DNA of 64,000 bases. It comes from Candidatus Dormiibacterota bacterium. GTDB lineage: Bacteria > Chloroflexota > Dormibacteria > Aeolococcales > Aeolococcaceae. The notes below the pieces were generated by a model that saw nothing but the letters and a program-made list of their open reading frames with translations, was not told where the DNA came from and searched no databases. Positions within the stretch are counted from its first letter, which is position 1, and each line of letters starts with the position of its first letter. Below, piece by piece: positions 9,615 to 19,386 of this stretch. Location: positions 323,642 to 387,641 of the forward strand of contig CAWGML010000001.1 of NCBI GenBank assembly GCA_963823765.1. The letters run 5' to 3'. Position numbers and translations under genes: made by a program.

Positions 9615-9700
9615 CGGACTCCTCCCGCCCGCTGGGGCGCTCCGGGGGTGCTACTTGCGGTAACCTACTCTAAGTAACCTGTTCGGCTAGAGTCAAACCC

Positions 9701-10363
9701 GTGGTCAGCACCGAGTTGCGCCGCCGGCTTCCACGAGCCGAGCGGGAGGAGCAGCTGCTCGAAGTCGCGCAGGCCGTGTTCGCCGAGCGCGGCTTCCGGT
9801 CCCCCTCCATGGATGAGATCGCCGTGCGCGCCGGGGTGACCAAGCCCGTGCTGTACGACCACTTCGGATCGAAGGATGGCCTGATCGCCGCCTGCATACG
9901 CCACGCCGGTGCGCAGCTGCTGCGCGACGTCGACGCCGCGGTGACGGCCGTCTCCGGCCCACGGCAGATACTCGAGGCCGGTTTCGCGGCCTTCTTCGGC
10001 TTCGTCGAGTTGTTCGGCCAGGGCTGGTTCATGCTGATCGGCGAGAACTCCGTGGTCGGTCCCGCGGCTGATGCCCTTGAGGCGATCCGCCGGCAGCAGG
10101 CTGTCTACGTCGCCCAGCGGCTCGGCGCGGAGTTTCCCAGCGCGGAGCGTGACGATCTCACTGCCTACTCCGAGGGGATCATCGGGGCGTGTGAACGCAT
10201 TGCTCTGTGGCGTCGCGACCGCCCCGACGTGCCCGCCGACCGGGCCACCGCCGTTCTGATGTCGCTGGTATGGGGCGGTCTCGGGTCGTTGACCCGTACG
10301 CCGGCAAGCGCGTCGAGGGCCACGGGTGTGACCCCGCGGCCCTCGACCGGTGACCCGCCCTAA
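9701..10363 (+). CDS. TetR family transcriptional regulator
   Basis: N-terminal HTH LLEVAQAVFAERGFRSPSMDEIAVRAGVTKPVLYDHFGSKDGL. Confidence 0.85.
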   Translation: MVSTELRRRLPRAEREEQLLEVAQAVFAERGFRSPSMDEIAVRAGVTKPVLYDHFGSKDGLIAACIRHAGAQLLRDVDAAVTAVSGPRQILEAGFAAFFGFVELFGQGWFMLIGENSVVGPAADALEAIRRQQAVYVAQRLGAEFPSAERDDLTAYSEGIIGACERIALWRRDRPDVPADRATAVLMSLVWGGLGSLTRTPASASRATGVTPRPSTGDPP

Positions 10364-11715
10364 TCGCTCGGGATGGTGTTGGCCGGCGGCGTCGACGGTG
10401 TCCCGGTGAACGGGGTGACCGCACCGCCGGCGGAGTCATCCGTCGTGTACAGAGGGCCCACCGTCGTCTGGACGTTGCCGGCCCCCAGCGTCACCACCTG
10501 CACGCCTGTGTAGCCGAGGTGGTTCGACGACGAGTACGCGAGCGGAGCCAAGCCTGGCCCACCGCTGAAATGACTGTTCTCGACGGCGTGCCGAAGGTCG
10601 TCGCGGGTGGGATTGCGCCCGGCGGCGCGAAGGGCCTGGACGAAGGTGTAGGCGGATGCCAGGCCATACAGCACATTGCCGTCCCAGGGGAGGCTGGCCG
10701 CGTACTGGGTCTTGATCGCCTTGAACTGCGTGATCCAAGCGTTGCTGCTGTCGCTGACCAGCGGCAGGTACGAATCGCTGGTCATGCCGGTGAGCAGCGC
10801 GGCGGGCAGCGTCACGCCGAGAGAACCGCCTGTAAGGATCGCGGTGAGGGTCGGCAGGTCAGCACCGACGTTGCTGACCACGAATGCCGGGTGGTACCCG
10901 ATGCTGGCTGCGGATGCCAGAGCGGTGGCGGTGAACACCGGGATGGAGAAGCTCACCACCACGTCCACGCCGGCAGCCTGCATCGCGGCCATCTCGGCCT
11001 TGACGCCCATCGCGCCGGCCGTGGTGGGCGCGTAGTACTGCACCGGCTTCACCACCGTGACACCGCTGTTCTGCAGCACGTCGTTCAGCCCCAGGACGCC
11101 GTCATCTCCGAACTCGTCGTTGGGGCCCTGGGCGAAGTAGCCCACCTTCTTGCCCGGGTACGTCCGCTTCACGTAGTCGCCGAGGATCTTCCCCTCGATG
11201 GTGTAATCGGGCTGCCAGCCGAACGTGTACGGGTGCGATCCGACGTTGTTCCAGCAGTTGCACCCTGACGCGACGAAGAGGTCCGGCACCTTCTGCTGAT
11301 TCAGGTAGTCGACGACTGCCAGGTGGGTGGGCGTGCCCAAGGCATCGAACATCGCGTACACCCTGTCCTGCAGGACCAGCTGGCGGGTCAGCGATGCCGT
11401 GTTGGTGGGGTTGTAGCCGTCGTCCAGGAACTTGAAGTTGATGCTCCGCCCGAACACGCCGCCATGCGCGTTGACGTACTGGAAGTAGGCATTCGCAGCC
11501 GGGGCAATCTCCGAGTACCCGGGCGCGGCCGGACCGGTGAGGGGCTGCGTGCTGCCGATCGTCACCGAGGTCGCGGTGATGCCGGGTGCCGAGGCCTGGT
11601 TGCTGGTGCCGCCCGAACCGCTGCTCCCGCTGCCGCATGCAGCCACCAATGCCGTGGCCATGGCCACGCACGTCGCGCTCGTCCATCGTCTCGAGGTGGG
11701 TCGCCGCGCCTTCAT
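10360..11715 (-). CDS. ABC transporter substrate-binding lipoprotein, Leu/Ile/Val-binding (LivJ-like) family
   Basis: Start ATG 11715 (MKARRPTSRRWTSATCVAMATALVAACGSGSSGSGG, lipobox). Type I periplasmic-binding-protein-like body (TIGSTQPLTGPAAPGYSEI...FKFLDDGYNP). ATGA overlap with the upstream permease stop. The longer ORF up to 12264 is shadow. Confidence 0.85.
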   Translation of the reverse strand: MKARRPTSRRWTSATCVAMATALVAACGSGSSGSGGTSNQASAPGITATSVTIGSTQPLTGPAAPGYSEIAPAANAYFQYVNAHGGVFGRSINFKFLDDGYNPTNTASLTRQLVLQDRVYAMFDALGTPTHLAVVDYLNQQKVPDLFVASGCNCWNNVGSHPYTFGWQPDYTIEGKILGDYVKRTYPGKKVGYFAQGPNDEFGDDGVLGLNDVLQNSGVTVVKPVQYYAPTTAGAMGVKAEMAAMQAAGVDVVVSFSIPVFTATALASAASIGYHPAFVVSNVGADLPTLTAILTGGSLGVTLPAALLTGMTSDSYLPLVSDSSNAWITQFKAIKTQYAASLPWDGNVLYGLASAYTFVQALRAAGRNPTRDDLRHAVENSHFSGGPGLAPLAYSSSNHLGYTGVQVVTLGAGNVQTTVGPLYTTDDSAGGAVTPFTGTPSTPPANTIPSD

Positions 11716-12764
11716 GTGTCCGCCTCCGCTGTCCGCTGATAGAAACGACGTCTGGTGAGCAGGTGACGCACGGATCCGCCGAGTGCGGTCACCGTGCCCT
11801 GGATGCCGCGCGGCAGCGCCAGCATGGCGATCACCAACACCGCGCCGTAGACCGCCAGTGGCAGGTTGTTGGTGATGTCGCTCGACAGGTTGAGGCCGCT
11901 CGACAGGTTGCTGGTGAGAACGGGCAGGTACACCAGGATGATCGAGCCCCACACCGCGCCCCACAGGCTGCCCAGCCCACCGATGACGATCGCGCTGAGC
12001 AGCTGCAGCGACAACTGCAGGCCGAAGCCGGTGGGCGCGGTGATGCCGACCCAGTACGCGAACAGCGAGCCGGACAGCCCGGCGCACGCAGCGCTGATGA
12101 CGAAGGCGAGCACCTGGACGCGCGCCACGTCGATGCCTGCCAGCCGCGCCGCGGTCTCGTCGTCGTGGACCGCCCGCAGGGTCCGCCCGCTGCCACCGCG
12201 CACCAGGTTGGCCAGCAGGAACAGTGTGAGCGCAGCGGCGACGATGGCTATCCAGGCGAGCCAACGTTCTTGGGGGAAGTCACCGCCGAATGCTGCGGGG
12301 GGCGTCGGCGGCGCAACGTCGAGGCCCTGGTTGCCGCCGAGAACGCTGCCGAAGTGGATCGCCAGCTGGGGCAGCCCCACCGCCAGGGCCAGGGTGGCCC
12401 CGGCCAGGTACGGGCCGCGCAGGCGCGCGGCGGCCAGCCCGATCACCGCGCCGGCCAGCGCCGTGGTGACGATGGCGGCGAGCAGCGTCAACACAAACGG
12501 GAAGTCCGGGTGACCCTTGAGCAGCAGCGCTGTGGTGTATGCGCCCACCGCCATCAGCGCGCCGTGGCCGAGGGAGAGCTGGCCGTTGATCCCGGTGAGC
12601 ACGGTGAGTCCGGCCACGGCGATGACGAAGATGGCCACGCCGGCGATGTTGTAGTCGGTGAAGGCGTCGAGGACATACGACAGGGCGATCAGCGACGCCG
12701 CGACGGCGAGAAAGAAGAGCGCGTGCCGCAGCATCGTGGAGCGCGGCGGGTGCAGGCCGGTCAT
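11712..12764 (-). CDS. livM: branched-chain amino acid ABC transporter permease
   Basis: 350 aa, multi-TM, with TGINGQLSLGHGALMAVGAYT typical of LivM. Confidence 0.9.
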   Translation of the reverse strand: MTGLHPPRSTMLRHALFFLAVAASLIALSYVLDAFTDYNIAGVAIFVIAVAGLTVLTGINGQLSLGHGALMAVGAYTTALLLKGHPDFPFVLTLLAAIVTTALAGAVIGLAAARLRGPYLAGATLALAVGLPQLAIHFGSVLGGNQGLDVAPPTPPAAFGGDFPQERWLAWIAIVAAALTLFLLANLVRGGSGRTLRAVHDDETAARLAGIDVARVQVLAFVISAACAGLSGSLFAYWVGITAPTGFGLQLSLQLLSAIVIGGLGSLWGAVWGSIILVYLPVLTSNLSSGLNLSSDITNNLPLAVYGAVLVIAMLALPRGIQGTVTALGGSVRHLLTRRRFYQRTAEADT

Positions 12765-13639
12765 GCCGCGCGCTGCCTGCGCGCTGCGAACAGGCCCTGG
12801 GGGCGGACCATCAGCACCGCGATCAGGATGACGAGGCCTCCGATGGTCTCGAGGTCAGACCCGGCGTACCCGCCGACGTAGCTGAGCCCCAGGCCGACGA
12901 GGAGCCCGCCGGCCACCGCCCCGACCGGGCTGTCGAGCCCGCCGAGGATGGCCCCGGTGAACCCGAAGACCAGGATCTCGTCCATGTTGTTGGGGTACAG
13001 GAAGATGGCGGGCGCGATCAGCAGCCCGGCCAGCGCTCCCAGCACCGCCGCCAGCCCCCAGCCGAGCATCAGCATGCGGCCGACACGCACGCCGAGAAGC
13101 CGGGCGATCTCCGGTCCGAATGCCGCAGCCCGCATGCGCAGGCCGATCGTCGTGTGCTGGAAGAAGAGCAGCAGGGCCACCATCGTGAGGAGCACCGCTC
13201 CCACCACGAAGATGTCGAACGGCGACACGAACAGCTGCGTGGAGCCGACGGTCAGGTCGACGCGCGAGAAGGGGGCTGGGAAGGACTTCACCTGGCCGCC
13301 GAAGACCATCGGTGCCAGCGCCTCGAGGAAGATCAGCAGGCCGAGCGTGAGGATGACGACGTTGAGCGCAGGGCGCGACTCCACCGGCCGCACCAGGATG
13401 CGTTCGACCCCCGCACCCAGGACGAAGCCGGCGCCGAGGGCGATCACGAACCCCAGCCAGTACGTGACCCCGTGCGAGATCGTGTACAGCGCGATGTAGG
13501 TGGTGAACATGCCGAGCGCGCCCTGCGCGTAGTTGATGACCCGCGTCGCGCGCCAGATCATGACCAGGGCGAGCGCGACGGTCGCATAGACGAAACCGTT
13601 GGTGATGCCGTCGACGGTGAGGATCAGGAATGTCCTCAT
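12761..13639 (-). CDS. livH: branched-chain amino acid ABC transporter permease
   Basis: Start ATG 13639 (MRTFLILTVDGITNGFVYATVALALVMIWRATRVINYAQGAL), typical LivH N-terminus. Confidence 0.9.
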   Translation of the reverse strand: MRTFLILTVDGITNGFVYATVALALVMIWRATRVINYAQGALGMFTTYIALYTISHGVTYWLGFVIALGAGFVLGAGVERILVRPVESRPALNVVILTLGLLIFLEALAPMVFGGQVKSFPAPFSRVDLTVGSTQLFVSPFDIFVVGAVLLTMVALLLFFQHTTIGLRMRAAAFGPEIARLLGVRVGRMLMLGWGLAAVLGALAGLLIAPAIFLYPNNMDEILVFGFTGAILGGLDSPVGAVAGGLLVGLGLSYVGGYAGSDLETIGGLVILIAVLMVRPQGLFAARRQRAA

Positions 13640-13640
13640 C

Positions 13641-14348
13641 TCAGAAGCCCAGGTAGGCGTGGCGCAGGGCCTCGTCTCCGGACAGTCGCTCGGCGCGGTC
13701 ACGCGCCACCACGCTGCCCAGTGAGAGCACCACAGCGTCATCGGCGACAGACAGTGCGCTGCGCGCGTTCTGTTCGATCAACAGCACCGCGAGGTTGCGT
13801 TCGCGCGACAGGGTCCGAAGCCGCGCCATGATCTGCGCCAGCACCGTCGTGTGAAGGCCCAGGGACGGTTCATCGAGCAGCAGCACTCGCGGGCGTGAGG
13901 CGAGCGCACGCCCGATCGACAGCATCTGGCGCTCTCCTCCCGACAGGCTGGCGGCGTGCGCGTGGCGGCGAGCGGCGAGCGGAGGGAAGAGCTCGTATGC
14001 CTCGTCCACAGCGAGCCGCCGATCGGCGCGGTCGTCGCGCCACAGCCCACCGAGGCGGAGGTTCTCGTCGACGGTGATCTCGCCGATGATCCCGTGGCCC
14101 TCCGGGACGTGGGCGACACCGAGCCTGGCGATGTTCTCCGGGGATCGCCCACGCAGCTCGACGCCGGCCACGCGGACACTCCCGCCGCGTGCCTTGACCA
14201 GGCCCGAGATGGTGCGCACGAGTGTCGTCTTGCCGGCGCCGTTGGCGCCGAGAACAGTGGTGATGCTGCCCGCCGGGACGGTGAGCGACAGCCCGTTCAC
14301 GGCGACCACGCCGCCGTACGCGACGGTGAGGTCGATGACCTCAAGCAT
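13641..14348 (-). CDS. livF: branched-chain amino acid ABC transporter ATP-binding protein
   Basis: Walker A GANGAGKTT, signature LSGGERQ, Walker B LLLDEPS. Confidence 0.9.
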   Translation of the reverse strand: MLEVIDLTVAYGGVVAVNGLSLTVPAGSITTVLGANGAGKTTLVRTISGLVKARGGSVRVAGVELRGRSPENIARLGVAHVPEGHGIIGEITVDENLRLGGLWRDDRADRRLAVDEAYELFPPLAARRHAHAASLSGGERQMLSIGRALASRPRVLLLDEPSLGLHTTVLAQIMARLRTLSRERNLAVLLIEQNARSALSVADDAVVLSLGSVVARDRAERLSGDEALRHAYLGF

Positions 14349-15141
14349 GGGCCACCTGGCTGCCGAGATAGGCGGTGGCCACCTCGTCGTTGGCGCGGAT
14401 GTCGTCAGGGGTGCCCGAAGCGATCACCCTGCCGAGGTTGAGCACCGTCAGCGTGTCACTGACCGACATGACCATGTCGAGGTGGTGCTCCACCAACGCG
14501 ATGCCCATGTCGGCACGCAGCCGGCGCAGCAGCTCCACGAGCTGTTCGACCTCGCCGGCGGAGAGCCCGCTGGCCGGCTCGTCGAGCAACAGCAGCGATG
14601 GATGAGCCATGAGGGCGCGAGCCAGGACCACGCGCTTCTGGACGCCGTGCGGAAGAGACGCGGGGAACGCACTGGCACGGTCGGCGATCCCGAGGTCGTC
14701 GAGGATGGCCATGGCGGCCTCGCCACGCCCCCTCAGCCTCCTATCGGCGCGCGGAAGCGCGAGCAGGTCACTCATCATGCCCGTCGATGACGGCGCACCG
14801 AGCATGACGTTCTCGAGCACGCTCAACCGGGCCCACAGCCCCAGCCCCTGCAGGGTTCGAACGATGCCAAGTGCGGGCAGTTGAGACGGCCGCATCGAGA
14901 GCAGCGATCGCCCCTCATACGTGATGTTGCCCCGACTCGGCGTGGCCAACCGGCATACCGCATTGAACAGCGTCGTCTTGCCCGCGCCATTGGGCCCGAT
15001 CACGCCCAGAATCTGTCGAGGGTGGATGGCGAGGGAGACATCGTCCAGCGCGACCACGCCATCGAAATGCACCGACAGGCCGGACACCAGCAACGCCGCT
15101 GGCGACGGCGCCGAGGGTCTCGCATCGACGCGCCGCATCAC
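14341..15141 (-). CDS. livG: branched-chain amino acid ABC transporter ATP-binding protein
   Basis: Walker A GPNGAGKTT, LPHGVQKRV signature region, LLLDEPASG. First gene of the liv-type operon. Confidence 0.9.
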   Translation of the reverse strand: MMRRVDARPSAPSPAALLVSGLSVHFDGVVALDDVSLAIHPRQILGVIGPNGAGKTTLFNAVCRLATPSRGNITYEGRSLLSMRPSQLPALGIVRTLQGLGLWARLSVLENVMLGAPSSTGMMSDLLALPRADRRLRGRGEAAMAILDDLGIADRASAFPASLPHGVQKRVVLARALMAHPSLLLLDEPASGLSAGEVEQLVELLRRLRADMGIALVEHHLDMVMSVSDTLTVLNLGRVIASGTPDDIRANDEVATAYLGSQVAHA

Positions 15142-15220
15142 CCACCCCTGTGTCCAAGGACGCCGCGCGGGGATGCTAACATGAATCCTGAATCAGTTTC
15201 CAGCTCGCGGGGGAAAGGGG

Positions 15221-15886
15221 ATGGCGCCTGCAGTTCGCGCGGAGGCCGGTGCGCTCACGGCCCGCGGCGAACGCACGCGCAACCGTCTCGTCGCCGCCGG
15301 CGAAGAGGTGTTCGGGTTGCGCGGCTACCACGATGCGTCCATCGCTGAGATCACCCAGACGGCGAACGTGGCGATGGGCACGTTCTACCTGTACTTCGAC
15401 GGCAAGCGAGAGCTGATGCGCGCGGTGGTGGAGGAGCGCGGCCATGAGCTGCGCGAGACGCTTGCGCGCGCCACGGCGGGCGTCACCGGCCGTGTCGCCA
15501 AGGAGCAGGCTGGCTTCGCGGCCTTCTTCGCCTGGATGGCGCGCCACCGCGGCCTGTACCTCATCGTTCGGCAAGCTGAGTACGTGGACGGCCTCGTGTA
15601 CCGCGGCTGGTACAGGCAGCTGGCCGACGGCTATGCGCGAGCGCTGAGAGCGGCGATCGACGAGGGCGAGATCGCAGCCGTCGACGACGTGGAGACGCTC
15701 GCGTACGCCTTGATGGGGATCGGTGACTTCGTCGGCCTTCGCTGGCTCGTGATCGAACGGCGCAGGGCCGTGCCGCCGCGCGCGCTGGCCACGATTGTGC
15801 AGGTGGTGCAGCGCGCGCTCGGTGAGGACATGCGAACACAGCAGAAGCGGACCTCGCGACAGCCGCAGCTGGAGGGACGTGCGTGA
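15221..15886 (+). CDS. TetR family transcriptional regulator
   Basis: HTH RNRLVAAGEEVFGLRGYHDASIAEITQTANVAMGTFYLYFDGKREL. Divergent from livG; its stop overlaps the acyl-CoA dehydrogenase start. Confidence 0.85.
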   Translation: MAPAVRAEAGALTARGERTRNRLVAAGEEVFGLRGYHDASIAEITQTANVAMGTFYLYFDGKRELMRAVVEERGHELRETLARATAGVTGRVAKEQAGFAAFFAWMARHRGLYLIVRQAEYVDGLVYRGWYRQLADGYARALRAAIDEGEIAAVDDVETLAYALMGIGDFVGLRWLVIERRRAVPPRALATIVQVVQRALGEDMRTQQKRTSRQPQLEGRA

Positions 15887-17034
15887 CCTTCGCCCTGACC
15901 CCCGAGCATGAGCTGCTCCAGAAGACCGCCACGGAGTTCGTCGACCGCGAGGTGGTGCCGCATCGTGCTGAGTGGGATCGCACGGAGGCCGTGGACCGTG
16001 CCATCGTCGGCAAGCTGGCCGAGCTCGGCTTCCTGGGGGTGACGATCCCGGAGGAGTTCGGAGGCACGCCATTCGACCACCGCGGCTACTGCCTGCTCAT
16101 GGAGGAGCTGGGCCGAGGGAACTCGTCGGTGCGCGGCATCGTCAGCGTCAGCCTCGGCCTGTTCGGCAAGACGGTGTACGCGGAGGGCACGGACGAACAG
16201 CGCGGCGAGTGGTTGCCGGGGATCTGCTCGGGTGCCCACCTCGGCTGTTTCGCGCTCACCGAGCCGGGTGTCGGCAGCGACGCCGGCAGCCTCACCATGC
16301 GTGCCGAGCGCGACGGTGACGACTGGCTCCTGACCGGGGAGAAGATCTTCATCACCAACGGCGGCTGGGCCGACCTGGCGCTGGTCTTCGCGCGCAGCGG
16401 TGAAGACGGTCCGCGCGGCATCACCGCGTTCGTGGTGCCGACGGATGCGCCCGGCTTCATCGCCGCTGAAATCAAGGGAAAGCTGGGCCTGCGCGGCCAG
16501 GCCACCGCGTCGCTGCGCCTCGACCGGGTCAGGGTGCCGGACCGCAACCGGCTCGGCGAGGAGGGCCGGGGCTTCAAGGTGGCGATGGCCGCCCTGAGCC
16601 GTGGTCGCATGAGCCTGGCGGCCGGCTGCGTGGGTGTGTCGCGCGGTTGCCTCGAGGCGGCCGTGGCGTACGCACAGGAGCGCGAGCAGTTCGGCAAGCG
16701 GCTGGCGGCGCACCAGCTGGTGCAGGAGATGATCGCCGACATCGCTGTCGAGACAGATGCTGCGCGCGCGCTGACGTGGGTCGTCGCCGACCTCGCCGAC
16801 GCCGGCGAGCGCATCGACCTGGCGGCCAGCAAGGCGAAGTACTTCGCCAGCGAGACAGCGGTTCGCTCAGCCAACCGGGCGCTGCAGGTTTTCGGCGGCT
16901 ACGGCTATATCGACGAGTACCCGGTGGGCAAGTACCTGCGCGACGCCAGGGTCACCACACTGTACGAGGGCACCAGCCAGATCCAGAAGCTGATCATCGG
17001 CCACGCGGTCACCGGGGTGAGCGCGTTCGCTTGA
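15883..17034 (+). CDS. acyl-CoA dehydrogenase
   Basis: 383 aa with GCFALTEPGVGSDAGS, FITNGGWAD and C-terminal YEGTSQIQKLIIG. Confidence 0.9.
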   Translation: MTFALTPEHELLQKTATEFVDREVVPHRAEWDRTEAVDRAIVGKLAELGFLGVTIPEEFGGTPFDHRGYCLLMEELGRGNSSVRGIVSVSLGLFGKTVYAEGTDEQRGEWLPGICSGAHLGCFALTEPGVGSDAGSLTMRAERDGDDWLLTGEKIFITNGGWADLALVFARSGEDGPRGITAFVVPTDAPGFIAAEIKGKLGLRGQATASLRLDRVRVPDRNRLGEEGRGFKVAMAALSRGRMSLAAGCVGVSRGCLEAAVAYAQEREQFGKRLAAHQLVQEMIADIAVETDAARALTWVVADLADAGERIDLAASKAKYFASETAVRSANRALQVFGGYGYIDEYPVGKYLRDARVTTLYEGTSQIQKLIIGHAVTGVSAFA

Positions 17035-17055
17035 CCGCTTCTGCAAGCCCGCTGA

Positions 17056-17508
17056 TCAGCCCAGGAAGCGGCTGACCAGGTCGGCCACGCAGCAGGGCTT
17101 GCCCGAGCCTTCACACTCGACCTCCACGTGGGTCACCACCTGCACCCCGCCGGCCACGTCCTCGACTGACTCGAGCCGTGCGCGCGCCCGCACCCGCGAG
17201 CCGCTCGGCAGCGGTGCCGGGAAGCGCACCCTGTTGGCGCCGTAGTTGATGGCCATGGCCACGCCGCGCACCTCGTAGATCTCGTGCAGCAGCATCGGCG
17301 TCAGCGCGAGGGTGAGGAAGCCGTGGGCGATGGTGCTGCCGAACGGCCCGGCGGCAGCCCGGGCGGCGTCGACGTGGATCCACTGGTGATCGCCGGTGGC
17401 GTCGGCGAACGTGCCGATCTGCTGCTGGGTGACCTCCTGCCAGCCGCTGACGCCGAGCTCGGCGCCGGCGGCCTCGCGGAGCTCGTCGAGGGATTCGAAG
17501 ACGCGCAT
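17056..17508 (-). CDS. MaoC-like (R)-specific enoyl-CoA hydratase / dehydratase
   Basis: FADATGDHQWIHVDAARAAAGPFGSTIAHGFLTLAL hot-dog hydratase motif. ATG 17508 sits 1 nt after the SDR stop; GTG 17520 is an alternative start. Confidence 0.8.
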   Translation of the reverse strand: MRVFESLDELREAAGAELGVSGWQEVTQQQIGTFADATGDHQWIHVDAARAAAGPFGSTIAHGFLTLALTPMLLHEIYEVRGVAMAINYGANRVRFPAPLPSGSRVRARARLESVEDVAGGVQVVTHVEVECEGSGKPCCVADLVSRFLG

Positions 17509-17509
17509 C

Positions 17510-18292
17510 TCAGCGTGCACCTCCGTTGACGTACAGGGTCTGGCCGCTCACGTATGACGCGTCGTCACTGGCCAGGAAGGCGATGACCGCGGCAATCTCC
17601 TCGGGCTGGCCCACCCGCCGCAGCGGTGTCCGCTCAGCCACCGCGCTCTGATGGTCCTCGGCGCTCATGCCGACACGCTCCGCGGTGGCGGCGGTCATCG
17701 GGGTGGCGACGTAGCCGGGTGCGACGGCGTTGACGGTGACGTTGTACGGCCCGAGCTCGATTGCCAGCGTGGCTGTCAGGCCCTGGATGCCCGCTTTCGC
17801 CGCGGCGTAGTTGGCCTGGCCCCGGTTGCCCAGAGCTGAACGGCTGCTGAGGTTGACGATCCGGCCATACTTGGCGGGAACCATGTGCTTCTGGACCGCC
17901 CTGCACATGAGGAAGACGCTGGTAAGGTTGACCTGCAGGACGGTGGTCCAGTCCTCGTCGTCCATCTTGAAGAGCAGGTTGTCGCGGGTGATGCCGGCGT
18001 TGTTGACCAGCACGTCGATGTGGCCGTGGGCGCCGGCAACCTCCGCCACGGCGCCTTCGACGCTTTCTGCTGACGACACGTCGCACGGCAGGCCGAACGC
18101 CTGGAAGCCGGCCGTCACGATCGCGTCCGCCGTCGCGGTGGCGCCGCCGGCATTGCGATCGAGCACAGCCACCGTCGCGCCCTCCTCCGCGAGGCGCAGC
18201 GCCGTCGCTGCGCCGATGCCCTGGGCAGCCCCGGTGATGATGGCCACCCGGTCGGCGAAGCGGCCGGCCCGTGCACCGTTGCTCTCGGTCAT
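17510..18292 (-). CDS. 3-oxoacyl-ACP/CoA reductase-type short-chain dehydrogenase
   Basis: Start ATG 18292 ([12 protein letters not shown]). TGAAQGIGAA, NNAG and YAAAKAG (Tyr-x3-Lys). Confidence 0.9.
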   Translation of the reverse strand: MTESNGARAGRFADRVAIITGAAQGIGAATALRLAEEGATVAVLDRNAGGATATADAIVTAGFQAFGLPCDVSSAESVEGAVAEVAGAHGHIDVLVNNAGITRDNLLFKMDDEDWTTVLQVNLTSVFLMCRAVQKHMVPAKYGRIVNLSSRSALGNRGQANYAAAKAGIQGLTATLAIELGPYNVTVNAVAPGYVATPMTAATAERVGMSAEDHQSAVAERTPLRRVGQPEEIAAVIAFLASDDASYVSGQTLYVNGGAR

Positions 18293-19386
18293 CTCCCATC
18301 TCCTTCGAACAGGATCACTGAACGCGCACCCCGGCCCGCGGCCATCTCCGCGAATGCGGGTTCGACCTGGTCCAGGGTGATCCGGTTGCTGACCAGGGCA
18401 TCGAGCTCGAGACGGCCCGCGCGCACGTGCTCGAGAAGCACGGGCATGTCGGCGGCGGGATCGCTGTTGCCGTACATGCTGCCGCGCAGAGTGCGGGCGA
18501 AGTGAGCGACCTCCAGGGCGTTGAACGACAGGCTGTCGGTGCGCGGTCCCAAGCCGACGATGATGGCCGTCCCTCCCCGTCGAGTGATCGACCAGGCGGT
18601 GCGGATGGTCTGCGCGCGGCCCACGCACTCGATGGCGTGGTCGACGCCGCGCCCCCCCGTCAGTGCGCGGACGCGCTTGCCGAGGTCGTCGCCCGGTTCG
18701 AGCACCTCGGTGGCGCCGAGACGCGTGGCCAGCGCGGCCTTCTCCGGGGCCGTGTCAATGGCGATGATGGTGTCCGCGCCGGCCAGGCGTGCGCCCTGCA
18801 CCGCGCAGAGCCCGACACCACCAAGCCCGATCACGGCGACGGAATCGCCCGGTTGCACAGCAGCTGCGTGGACGACGGCGCCGACACCGGTCACCATGGC
18901 GCAACCAAGCAGCGCTGCCTGTGCCAGGTCGACATCCTCCGGCACAGGGATGCACGCCGATTCCGCCACCACGGTCTCGCTGGCGAAGGCCGCGACCCCG
19001 AGGGCCCCGAACAACGGCGTGCCATCGCGCAGGTGTGCGTACGGGATGGCAGCCGCCTCACCTGAGCGGGCGCAGAGGTACGGTTCGCCGTGCTCGCACC
19101 ACCAGCACGCGCGGCATGGTGGGGCCCAGTTGAGCAGCACGCCGTCACCCTCGCGCACCGCGGTGACCCCGTCGCCGACGCTCACCACGCGGCCGGCGCC
19201 CTCGTGTCCCAGAACCGCCGGGACCTGCTGTGCGAGCGTGCCGCGGGCAAGCGACAGGTCAGAGTGGCACACACCTGTCGCGACCATGCGCACACGCACC
19301 TGGCCGGGACCCGGCTCCGCCAGGGAGATCTCCTCGACACCGAGGGCAGCGCCGACCTCACGGAGCACCGCGGCGCGCACCGTCAC
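18289..19386 (-). CDS. zinc-dependent alcohol dehydrogenase (class III-like)
   Basis: GTG 19386 ([12 protein letters not shown]...) forms a GTGA overlap with the upstream stop. [19 protein letters not shown] and GLGGVG motifs. Confidence 0.85.
   Translation of the reverse strand: MTVRAAVLREVGAALGVEEISLAEPGPGQVRVRMVATGVCHSDLSLARGTLAQQVPAVLGHEGAGRVVSVGDGVTAVREGDGVLLNWAPPCRACWWCEHGEPYLCARSGEAAAIPYAHLRDGTPLFGALGVAAFASETVVAESACIPVPEDVDLAQAALLGCAMVTGVGAVVHAAAVQPGDSVAVIGLGGVGLCAVQGARLAGADTIIAIDTAPEKAALATRLGATEVLEPGDDLGKRVRALTGGRGVDHAIECVGRAQTIRTAWSITRRGGTAIIVGLGPRTDSLSFNALEVAHFARTLRGSMYGNSDPAADMPVLLEHVRAGRLELDALVSNRITLDQVEPAFAEMAAGRGARSVILFEGDGR

Noticed and set aside
9659-9680. GTAACCT-N7-GTAACCT direct repeat and ACTCTA/TAGAGT inverted repeat in the TetR / membrane-protein spacer, as a defined operator
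   Set aside because: The repeats are short enough to occur by chance, and I cannot test conservation. It is noted only as one more occurrence of the GGTAACC-type motif.
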